Assembly (NCBI GenBank): GCA_963716175.1
Contig: OY970296.1
Coordinates: 2,560,001-2,624,000, forward strand
Source: an uncultured Armatimonadetes bacterium
GTDB taxonomy: Bacteria; Armatimonadota; Hebobacteria; Hebobacterales; Hebobacteraceae
DNA length: 64,000 bases
Direction: 5' to 3'
Below are positions 8,313 through 18,029 of this stretch, in pieces; positions within the stretch are counted from its first letter, which is position 1, and the number at the start of each line of letters is the position of its first letter. Below the pieces are notes generated by a model that had not been told where the DNA came from, ran no database searches, and saw only the letters and a program-made list of their open reading frames with translations. The position numbers and the translations under genes are program-made.

Positions 8313-10548
8313 ATGTCAAGGATAGTCGCTGCTGCCGCTATACGCGGGTCACATGTGGTCGTGGCCGAGGCCGAGGAGAAGCTGGAGGCCGCCATCGCAA
8401 AGCACGGGGAGAAGCAGCGTCTCGAGTTTCCCGAGACGGCGTTCTTCCTGCCCATGGCAAACGCACTGCTGGGCCTGGATGTGAGCACCCTGGGGGAGGC
8501 GCGGCAGGTGCTGGAGACGGCCCAGAGTCTGCTCACCGACGAGCCCTCAGAGCAGGTCTGGCTGCCCTACCTCTCCGGCGCCCTGGACGCGGGCATCGCC
8601 ACCCTGCTGGGCGAGGAGCTGATCAAGGCGCTCGCTACCTGGAGGGAGAGGAGCCGAAGGAGGGCTGGCACGGCTTCATCTCCGACACCATCCTGCGCAC
8701 GCTGGGCATCCAGCTGGTGGACGGCCGGCTGCCCGGCTTCGCCGCCATCGTGGGCGCGGCGCCCGGACACCGAGACCGCGGTGAACGTCGATCCGGGAGC
8801 TGCAGAAGCGCAACATCCTCACCTTCCTGATCGGCAATCACCGAGGGCCGCACCATGCGCGACCAGCTGATCGAGGCCAAGGTGCTTCCCAAGGACGCCA
8901 CCGAGACCGAGGACGGCGATCTGAAGAAGGCCTGGTGGGGCCGCTACATCGTCCCCCTGGGCCCGGACACGGAGTCCATCATCTATGCCCTGAACTGGGC
9001 GATCCGCGGCGCGCTCACCTTCGGCGGTCACAAGAAGGGCCAGTGGAGAGAGTGCCTGAACTACACCCGGGCCCGCATCTTCGCCTTCGGCCTGGGCCTG
9101 GGCGACCTGGACGACCTGAAGTACGCCAGCGGCGCCGGGGCGATCAACATGGGCTTCCCGGTGATCGCGGACACGGAGATCCCGGAGATCCGGCCCACCG
9201 GCGTCTGCACCTACGAGGAGCTGGTGCGGGAGCTCGACCACCGGCGCATCGTAGAGACCAGTGTCGAGGTGCGCGGGGTCAAGGTCACGGTCTCCAAGAT
9301 CGACATTCCGGTGCCGGTGGCCGCCGCCTTCGAGGGAGAGACCGTGCGCCGCGAGGAGATGCAGGTCCAGTTCGGCGGCAAGTACAGCGCCGCCTTCGAG
9401 TACCTGCGCATGCGGCGAGATGGACGAGGTCGAGGACGGCAAGATCGAACTGATCGGGGCGGACTGCGACAACGTCGAGGTGGGCGGGGCCATGCCCCTG
9501 GGCTTCCTGATCGAGGTGGCCGGTCGCAAGATGCAGAAGGACTTCGAGCCCATTCTGGAGCGGCAGGTGCACACCATCGTCAACCACGCCATGGGCGTGT
9601 TCCACATGGGCCAGCGCAACCTGACCTGGGTCCGGATCAGCAAGGACGCCTTCAAGGCCGGCTTCCGCCTGCGGCACTTCGGCGAGCTGTTGCGGGCCGA
9701 ATACCTGCAGAAGTTCCCGGCCCTGGTGGACAAGGTGCAGGTGACCATCTTCACCGACGAAGGGGCAGATGCCGCCAGTGCTGGCTGAGGCCCGCCAGGT
9801 CTGCGCAGGCGCGCGACGCGCGCGTGGCCGGGATGACCGACGAGAGCGTGGACACCTTCTACTCCTGCACTCTCTGCCAGTCCTATGCCCCCAACCACGT
9901 CTGCGTCATCAGCCCGGAGCGGCTGGGGCTCTGCGGCGCCTACAACTGGCTGGACGGGCGCGCCGCCTACGAGATCAACCCGGCCGGCGCCAACCAGCCG
10001 GTGGTCAAGGGCCGGGTGATAGACCCGGTGAAGGGGCAGTGGGAGGGAGTGAACGAGTTCGTCTACCAGACCTCCAACAAGAGCGTGGAGCGGTTCAACG
10101 CCTACTCGCTGATGGAGGACCCCATGACCTCCTGCGGCTGCTTCGAGTGCATCATGGCCATCCTGCCCGACCTCCCGGCCAGGCGCACGGGGTGATGATC
10201 GTGAACCGGGAGTACCCTGGCATGACTCCTTGCGGCATGGCCTTCACCACCCTGGCGGGAAGCGTCGGCGGCGGCCTCCAGACCCCGGGCTTCCTGGGCA
10301 TCGGTCGGCTCTACATCGTCAGCCGCAAGTTCATCTCGGCCGAGGGCGGGCTGCCTCGCATCCTGTGGATGCCCAAGGAGCTGAAGGAGGCGCTCGCCGA
10401 CGGAATCAAGGCGCGGGCGGAGCAGTTGGGGATACCGGATCTCTACGATAAGATCGCGGACGAGTCCGTGGCCACGGATATCGAGCAGCTCACTCCCTGG
10501 CTCCAGGAGCGGGACCATCCGGCGTTCAAGATGGAACCTTTGCTGTAG
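8313..10548 (+). CDS. acsB: Acetyl-CoA synthase (CODH/ACS beta) interrupted by about 8 frameshifts, likely sequencing errors
   Basis: Fragments in alternating frames: FPETAFFLP, GFISDTILRTLGIQLVDG, PVAAAFEGE, DFEPILERQVH, FYSCTLCQSYAPNHVC..PERLGLCGA, PMTSCGCFEC, GFLGIGRLYI..KFISAEGG. Confidence 0.93.
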
Positions 10549-10564
10549 GGCGGGCATGCCCGCC
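10545..10564 (+). repeat. GTAG REP supplying the acsB stop codon
   Basis: GTAGGGCGGGCATGCCCGCC. Confidence 0.7.
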
Positions 10565-10584
10565 GACTCACCGGAGGTAGAACC

Positions 10585-11928
10585 TTGGGCCTAACAGGTA
10601 TAGACATCTTCAAGCAGCTCCCGAAAACGAACTGCCGCGAGTGCGGGCAGCCGACCTGCCTCGCCTTCGCCATGAAGCTGGCGCAGAAGCAGGCGAGCCT
10701 GGATCAGTGCCCCTACGTCTCAGAGGAGGCGAAGGCGGCGCTGGCCGGGGCCTCGGCCCCGCCCATCAAGCTGGTCACCATCGGCGCCGGGGAGCGCAAG
10801 CTGGAGGTCGGCAACGAGACCGTGCTCTTCCGCCACGACGAGACTTTCTACCATCCCACCGGGCTGGCGGTGCTGGTGGACGCCGCCCTGCCAGAGGCGG
10901 AGCTGGCGGCCCGCATCACCGGGGTAGGGGAGGTGGAGTTCGAGCGCGTGGGCCAGAAGCTGCGGTTGGACGCGGTGGCGGTGAAGGGCGATGGGGAGGC
11001 CTTCGTGAAAGCCGCCGGTGTGGCCGCGGAGAAGTCCGCGGTGCCGGTTATCCTGATGAACGAGGACCCGGCGGTGATGGGGCAGGCGCTCTCCACCTAT
11101 GCCGGAAAGCGCCCGCTTATCTACGCCGCGACCGCGGACAATGTCGAGGCCATGGCAGCTCTCGCGAAACAGCACTCCTGCCCGCTGGCGGTGCGAGGCC
11201 GGGACCTGGCCTCACTTGCCGAGCTCTCCGAGAAGGCCCAGGCCGCCGGCGCCACCGACCTGGTGCTCGATTCGGGCGCCCGCACCACCGCCGAGGTGCT
11301 GGCCAACGAGACCGCCATCCGGCGGGCGGCGATCCGGAAGCGGTTCCGGCCCCTGGGCTTCCCTACCATCACCTTCACGGAGGCCGCCGACGCCGCGCAG
11401 GAGGCGCTTCAGGCCTCCACCTACATCATGAAGTACGCTGGCCTGGTGGTGCTGGGCCGGATGGAGGCCTGGGAGCTGCTGACCCTGATCACCCTGCGCC
11501 AGAACATCTTCACCGACCCTCAGAAGCCCATCCAGATCGAGGAGGGGCTCTACCAGATCGGCACCCCGGATGAGAACTCGCCGGTGTTGGTCACCACCAA
11601 CTTCTCCCTCACCTACTTCACGGTGGAGGGGGATGTGGAGGCGAGCCGGGTGCCGGCCTGGGTGGTGGTGGTTGACACCGAGGGCACCTCGGTGCTGACC
11701 GCGTGGGCGGCCGAGAAGTTCACCGCCGCGGTGATCGCGCAGAAGGTGAAGGCCTGCGATGTGGGCAGCAAGGTCAAGCATCGCAAGCTGATCATACCCG
11801 GTCATGTGGCGGTGCTGAGCGGCAAGCTGGAAGATGAGCTGGGGCAGGAATGGAAGGTGATCGTGGGCCCGCGGGAGTCTTCCGGCATCCCGAGCTTCCT
11901 GCGGACCTCCTGGTCGGCCCAGGGGTGA
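10585..11928 (+). CDS. acsC: Corrinoid Fe-S protein large (gamma) subunit
   Basis: LPKTNCRECGQPTCLAFA, LRQNIFTDPQKP, VTTNFSLTYF, SVLTAWAA; TTG start after GGAGG. Confidence 0.97.
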   Translation: MGLTGIDIFKQLPKTNCRECGQPTCLAFAMKLAQKQASLDQCPYVSEEAKAALAGASAPPIKLVTIGAGERKLEVGNETVLFRHDETFYHPTGLAVLVDAALPEAELAARITGVGEVEFERVGQKLRLDAVAVKGDGEAFVKAAGVAAEKSAVPVILMNEDPAVMGQALSTYAGKRPLIYAATADNVEAMAALAKQHSCPLAVRGRDLASLAELSEKAQAAGATDLVLDSGARTTAEVLANETAIRRAAIRKRFRPLGFPTITFTEAADAAQEALQASTYIMKYAGLVVLGRMEAWELLTLITLRQNIFTDPQKPIQIEEGLYQIGTPDENSPVLVTTNFSLTYFTVEGDVEASRVPAWVVVVDTEGTSVLTAWAAEKFTAAVIAQKVKACDVGSKVKHRKLIIPGHVAVLSGKLEDELGQEWKVIVGPRESSGIPSFLRTSWSAQG

Positions 11929-11969
11929 GCGGCCGCACAAACCCAGGAGGCCGACGACGGTGCGGTGTG

Positions 11970-13868
11970 ATGAGCAGCTACATCGTAGTGTTCCTACCCG
12001 ACGGCGCGTGCGTGGAGGCGGAACCGGGCCAGACCATCCTTGAGGTGGCCAGCGCGGCCGGGGTGGCGATTGACTCGGCCTGCGGGGGCCAGGGGACCTG
12101 CGGCAAGTGCAAGGTGATCGTGCCCCTGGGCCGGCCTGGTGGCAGTCCAGGTGACCAGCTTTCCCCTGAGGAGCGAGAGCGAGGGGTGGTCCTCGCCTGC
12201 CAGGCCACCGTGGAGGATGACCTGGTGGTGGAGGTGCCCCTGGAATCGCAGCGAGGCGAGCTGCAGATCCTCATCGGCCACCCCGAGCCGGAGTCCGCGC
12301 TGGTGGAGGCTGATATCCCGCTGGCGGAACGAGTTCCCCTGGCGCTGGACCCGCCGGACCTGAGCCGGAGCTATGGCGATGACGAGCGCCTGCTGGGGGC
12401 ACTGCGGGCCAGCCGGGGCGACCGCTTCTCCGACTGCTCGGTTGATCTGAGTGCCCTGCGGGCCTTGTCCCGGGTGGCGCGACTAGAACAGGGCGAGCTG
12501 GATGCCCTCGTCGGCGACTTCGATGGTGCGGGCCGGGTTTTCGGCCTGGAGGCGACGGGCACCGCGGGAAGCTATGGGCTGGCGGTGGATGTGGGCACCA
12601 CCACCGTCGTGGTGCACCTGGTTGACCTGGCCACCGCAGGCTTTCTGGACGCGTGCGCTTCGCTCAACGACCAGGTGGTGCACGGGGAGGATGTGATCTC
12701 GCGCATCATCTACACGCAGGAGCGCGCGGGAGGGCTGGCGGAACTGCGGCAGGACGCCCTCGCCACCATCAACCGGTGTGTGCGCGAGCTGGTGCAGAGG
12801 CAGGAAATCAGCGCGGACAGCATCCTGGCCGCCGCCTGCGTGGGCAACACCGTTATGACCCATCTTCTGCTGGGGATTGATCCCGCCTCCATCCGGCGGG
12901 AGCCGTATGTCCCGGCGGTGAGGTCCGTGCCCACGCTGCGGGCGGAGGAGGTGGGACTGGAGATGAGAGCCGGGGCGCCGGTCTACCTGGCGCCCTGTGT
13001 GAGCAGCTATGTGGGCGGAGATGTCACCGCGGGGGTGCTGGCGACCGCGATGGGCGACTCACCCCGGTTGACCCTGTTCATTGACCTGGGCACGAACGGG
13101 GAGATCGTGATCGGCAATCGAGACTGGCTGGTGTGCTGCTCGTGCTCGGCGGGGCCGGCCTTCGAGGGCTCGGGGGTGGAGTATGGGATGTACGCCACGG
13201 TGGGAGCGATCGAGCGGCTCTCCTACCACGCACAGACCGACCGCGTGGAGTACATGACCATCGGGGAGGCGAAGCCGCGCGGCATCTGCGGGTCCGGCCT
13301 GGTGGACGCGCTGGCCACCCTGATGCGGGCTGGGGTGATAGACCGGGCGGGCCGCATTAACCTGGGCTTTCCCAGCAGGCGGGTGCGCGTGCGCCAAGAG
13401 CGGCCCGAGTTTGTGCTGGTCTGGGGGGAGGAGGTGGGCCGGGCCGATGATATCTCGCTGGGGGAGGACGGCATCCAGAATCTGATTCGCGCCAAAGCCG
13501 CGGTCTACGCCGGGGCGGCGACGGTGCTGGAGAGCCTGGGGTTGAAGGCGGCCAGCCTGGAGCAGATCCTGGTGGCCGGCGCCTTCGGGAATTACCTCGA
13601 TGGCGAAAGCGCGGTGATGATCGGGCTGCTGCCCGATGTGCCGCTGGAGCGGATCCGCTTCGTCGGTAACACCGCGGTGGCGGGAGCGCGGTCAGCTCTG
13701 CTCGGGCGAGCCGCGCGCAGGCGGCTGGAGGAGCTGGCCGGGCGGATGACCAACTTTGAACTCAGCCTGGTGCCGGGATACATGGAACGGTACGTCGCTG
13801 GTCTTTTCCTGCCGCACACCGATCTCCGGCTCTTCCCTTCGGTGGCCGGCAAGCTGGAGCTGCGCGGC
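11970..13868 (+). CDS. acsV: Corrinoid reductive activator RACo (ASKHA ATPase with [2Fe-2S]); no stop before the next domain, so end is approximate
   Basis: CGGQGTCGKC..LAC, AVDVGTTT, DLGTNGE, AGPAFEG, GICGSG, AGAFG, FVGN. Confidence 0.92.
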
Positions 13869-14979
13869 ATGAGCCCGCCACTCTACATCGCCTCCGTGAA
13901 CTCGTACGCGGGGAAGTCGCTGGTCGCGCTGGCTTTGGGCCTGGAGCTGAAGCAGGCTGGCTTTCGGGTGGGCTACATGAAGCCTCTGGGCACGCTGCCC
14001 CATGCGGTGGGCGGTGTCATCACCGATGAGGATGCCTACTTCATCACCCAGCAGTTGAACCCTGACGGCCCCCTGGAGGCGATCTGCCCGGTGCTGCTCA
14101 CCTCGGAGCTGACGCAGCAGGTGCTCACGGGGGAGGCCACCGGACTGGCGACCCGGATCCAGGAGGCGTACGCCCGGGTGGCGGCGGGGCGGGACGTAGT
14201 GATCGTGGGCGGAGTGGGCGATCTGGCGCGGGGTTCGCTGGTGGGGTTGTCGGCGCCCGCCGTGGTGGAACTGCTGGGGGCAAAGGTGGTGGCGCTGGCG
14301 AAGTCCGCCTCCGATGCCACCGTGGAAGAGGTGCTGCTGGCGGGCCGGCTGCTGGGAGAACGGCTCGCGGGCGTGATCTTCAACTTCGCCGGGCCTGACG
14401 ACCAAGAGGCGCTGCGCGGGCCCCTGGGGCAACACTTGGAGCGCCGCGGCATCCCAGTGTTGGGCGTGCTGCCGCCGGACGAGGTGCTGGGCGCGATCAC
14501 GGTGCGGGAGCTGGGCGAACTCCTTCCCGCGAAGCTGCTCTGCTGTGAGAAGGCGCTGGACGAGCTGATCGTGCACTTCGTGATCGGGGCCATGGGTGTG
14601 GCGAGCGCGTCGAAGTACTTCCGCCGAGCGCGCCGACAAGGCCGTGATCACCGGCGGCGACCGGGCCGACATTCAGCTCGCGGCCCTCCAGACCGCGACC
14701 AAGGCGGTCGTGCTGACCGGCAACATCTACCCCAGCGCGGTGATCGTGAAGCGCGCCCAGCAGCTCGGGGTGCCGCTGCTGCTGGCGCCGCACGATACCC
14801 TCACGACGGTGGCGCGAATCGAGCACATCACCGGCCGCCTGCGCATGCGGGAGCGCGCGAAAGTGGTGCGGGCGCAAGCGCTCTTTCAGAGACACGTTGA
14901 TCTGGGCCGGCTGCGCACGGTGGCCGGACTGGCCGGCGCGCCCGGTGCCAGCCAACCAACCGCCGGAAAGGGAAACTGA
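13869..14979 (+). CDS. BioD-like P-loop + DRTGG domain protein (phosphotransacetylase N-terminal-like, no PTA catalytic domain); in frame with RACo, frameshift near 14630
   Basis: YIASVNSYAGKS, GYMKPLG, IGAM, then shifted frame KAVITGGDRADIQLAAL..VVLTG. Confidence 0.85.
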
Positions 14980-14981
14980 CC

Positions 14982-15947
14982 ATGCCGTTCGAGATGCCGG
15001 TCGAGAAGTGGGCGAGCGCGGTGAACAGCGTGACCATCGGGGCCACCGCGGCGGAGGGCGGCACTCGCACCTCCCTGGTCACCGTGGGCGGGGATACCAG
15101 TCTGCCCTTCCTCCATTTCGAGGGCAAGACGCCGCACCGGCCGGCCATCGCCATGGAGGTGCAGGATATCCCACCGCAGGATCTCCCCGCTCCCCTGGCC
15201 GAGGCGCTGGGCGACGTGTGCAGCGATCCCGCGGCCTGGGCGCACAAGTGCGTGGAGCAATTCGGGGCCGATCTCATCTGTCTCCGCTTGCTGGGGGCCC
15301 ACCCCGAGCGAGGCGACCGCTCGCCGGAGGCCTGCGGCCAGGCGGTGAAGTCGGTGCTGCAGGCGGTGGGGGTTCCTCTCATCATCTGGGGATGTGGCCA
15401 GGCGGACAAGGACAATGAGGTGATGCCCCGCTGCAGCGAGGTAGCGGCCAGCGAAAACTGCCTGCTGGGCACGGCCAGTCAGGACAGCTACAAGACCATC
15501 ACCGCCGCCTGCCTGGCCGATGGGCACAAGCTGATCACGGAGGCCCCGCTCGACATCAACATCCAGAAGCAGGTGAACATCCTGGTCTCCGAGGCGGGGA
15601 TTGACCTGTCTCGCATCATCATGTACCAGGCCACCGGCGGGTTGGGCTATGGCCTGGAGTACGCCTACTCCATCATGGAGCGCACCCGGCTGGCGGCCCT
15701 TTCCGGTGACCGCATGCTCGCCATGCCGATGCTGGCCCTGGTGGGGTCCGAGTGTTGGCGGGCCAAGGAGGCTCGCACCCCGGAGGAGACGGCCCCGGGG
15801 TGGGGCGCGGCGGCCGACCGAGGCGTGATCTGGGAAGCAACCACCGCCACCAGCTTCCTGCACGGCGGCACTCACATCTTCGTGATGTGGCATCCCAGGG
15901 CGGCCGCGCTGCTGCGCGAGATGATAGATTCCCTCATGAGTCCCTAG
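14982..15947 (+). CDS. acsD: Corrinoid Fe-S protein small (delta) subunit
   Basis: LPFLHFEG, DINIQKQVN, GLGYGLEYAYSIMER, WRAKEA, WEATTA, MWHP. Confidence 0.96.
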   Translation: MPFEMPVEKWASAVNSVTIGATAAEGGTRTSLVTVGGDTSLPFLHFEGKTPHRPAIAMEVQDIPPQDLPAPLAEALGDVCSDPAAWAHKCVEQFGADLICLRLLGAHPERGDRSPEACGQAVKSVLQAVGVPLIIWGCGQADKDNEVMPRCSEVAASENCLLGTASQDSYKTITAACLADGHKLITEAPLDINIQKQVNILVSEAGIDLSRIIMYQATGGLGYGLEYAYSIMERTRLAALSGDRMLAMPMLALVGSECWRAKEARTPEETAPGWGAAADRGVIWEATTATSFLHGGTHIFVMWHPRAAALLREMIDSLMSP

Positions 15948-16004
15948 GCCCGAGGGCCGGGATCGCGGCCTGCGGAGCAGGCCCAGCCACAAGGAGGCTT
16001 GAGC

Positions 16005-16797
16005 ATGTACGCCATCGGTGAACGCATCAACGGGATGTTCCGCTCCGTGGGCGCGGCCATCGGGGAGAAGAACCCTGAGCCCATCCAGCAGCTGGCGCGG
16101 GCCCAACTGGCGGCCGGGGCCACCGCCCTGGATGTCAATGTGGGCCCGGCCGCAGCCGATCCTCTGGCCGCCATGGCATGGCTGGTGAAGAGCATCCGCG
16201 AGGTCACCGACGCGCCCCTCGCCATAGATACCACCAAGCCGGAGGTGATGCAGCGCGGCCTGGAGCTGGCCGGCCCGGGCTCCATCATCAACTCCACCAA
16301 GGGCCAGCAGGAGCAGCTCGACATCTTCCTGCCCATGGCCAGGGAGCACCAAGGCCTCCGTCATCGTGCTCACCATTGACGAGAACGGCATCCCACGCGA
16401 CGCCAGCGGCCGCAGCGAGATCGCGCTGCGGGCGGTGGCGGCGGCCATGGAGCACGGCCTGGACCTGGACCGTTTGATGATTGATGCCGTGATCCTCCCC
16501 GCGAACGTCGCCCAGCCCACCGCGGGCCACGTGCTGGAAACTATCCGCAACGTGAAGCTGATTGCCGAGCCGCCGCCCAAGACCGTGCTGGGCTTGAGCA
16601 ATGTCTCGCAGGGGACCACGCAGCGGGCGCTGATCAACCGCACCTACCTGGTGATGGCCCTGGCCGCGGGGCTGGACGCCGCCATCCTCGATGTTCTCGA
16701 CACCGCCATGATGGACGCCATGATCACGGCCGAGCTGCTGATGAACCACGCCGTGTACTGCGATGATTTCCTGCGAGCCTATCGCTCATCGCAGTGA
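16005..16797 (+). CDS. acsE: Methyl-THF:corrinoid Fe-S protein methyltransferase (frameshift near 16350)
   Basis: IGERINGMF, LDVNVGP, IDTT, INST, then shifted frame GLSNVSQG..LINRTYLVM..GLDAAILD. Confidence 0.94.
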
Positions 16798-16859
16798 GGC
16801 CGAAGGGGCGAATCCTGGGCGGCGGGCCCTTGAACCCGCATCTGATACTGGAGGCTGAA

Positions 16860-17576
16860 GTGCGTGTGGAGATCGTGCATACCGGGGGCCGGTACGTGGA
16901 GCGCGTGCTGGCCTACCTGTCGGCCGCCTCGCCCGGCGATGTCACCGCCTACCAGGTGCCGCGGGGACTGCCTCCGATCCTGGATGACGGCGCCGAATAT
17001 CTGCCTGCCGAGCTGGGCGCTGCCGAGGTGATCATCGCCATCAACATCCACCCCGAGCTGCTGCTGGGCATTCCCGATCTGGTCAAAGGGCGCAACGCCC
17101 GCGGGTTGATCGCGCCCATCGAGGACCCGAACTGGATCAAGCCGGGCCTCGAGCGTCAGGTCACGCAGGCCTGCGTCCGGAGTGGCATCGAGTCGGCCTT
17201 CCCCAAGCCCTTCTGCGCGCTGGAGGGCAGCTCGCCGGTGATCGCGGAGTTCTCCCGGCTCTACCGGGTCGGCGCGCCGCTGCTCAGGATCAGCCAGGCC
17301 GAGGGCAAGGTGGTGGCAGTCGAGGTGCTGCGGGGGTCGCCTTGCGGCCTCACCGATTTCGTGGCCAAGAGTCTGGTGGGGCTGCCCGCGGATGAGTCCT
17401 TGCCGGAGAAAGCGGGCCAGCTCCATCATGCCTATCCCTGCCTCGCCAGCATGGGCCTCGATCCGGCCACCGGGGACACCATCATGCACGCCTCCCTTTA
17501 CCTGGTCAGGGAGCGGGTGGCGCAAGCGCTGCGCGCCTCCGGGGGTGCGGCGGAGCCGCAGCCCAAGATGCGGTAG
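16860..17576 (+). CDS. DUF166-family protein
   Basis: PKPFCAL, EVLRGSPCGLT, HHAYPCLASM, DTIMH motifs recalled as typical of DUF166. Confidence 0.7.
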   Translation: MRVEIVHTGGRYVERVLAYLSAASPGDVTAYQVPRGLPPILDDGAEYLPAELGAAEVIIAINIHPELLLGIPDLVKGRNARGLIAPIEDPNWIKPGLERQVTQACVRSGIESAFPKPFCALEGSSPVIAEFSRLYRVGAPLLRISQAEGKVVAVEVLRGSPCGLTDFVAKSLVGLPADESLPEKAGQLHHAYPCLASMGLDPATGDTIMHASLYLVRERVAQALRASGGAAEPQPKMR

Positions 17577-17606
17577 CTCGGAGCAAGCGTGCGCCGATGC
17601 CGCTCT

Positions 17607-17788
17607 CTGGAACAGCCTCACTATCTATGGAGTCCCTGGAATCATGGGAATAGCACATGATCCCAGAAACTCCTCAGAAGCAGGAGTAGGGCTCGTGAGG
17701 CCAGTTCTCTTGCCTCATGGTTGTTACCGAGGCAAGAGAATCGCTAGAAGCTGTTTCATAACCTCCCCTGAGGAGGCTATGAAACAGC
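17607..17788. ncRNA. Candidate structured RNA (multi-hairpin, lower GC); family unknown
   Basis: Four consecutive stems plus an enclosing helix; see findings. Confidence 0.4.
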
Positions 17789-18029
17789 ACTGCACAACGT
17801 CAGGCCGTGGCAGGCGCATTTCATGCGAGGGCGTGGTGCGGCCAGCCAGCCGGTAGGTTACGAAATGCGCTCTAGTGCGATGGGCGCACGCCCGGCCTGA
17901 AGGCAAAGCCGCGGGCGCGAAGAAGTAAAAGGCCGGGTTGAGCCGATTCTCTTCGGCTCCGGTCAGAGCAGGCCGCTCTGGCGTCGGCCGAGCGGGGCGA
18001 GCGCCATCACTATTGGGAGGTAGAAGAGC

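Noticed and set aside
17600-18029. Cobalamin or c-di-GMP riboswitch near corrinoid genes
   Set aside because: B12-box and GEMM core sequences are not convincingly present
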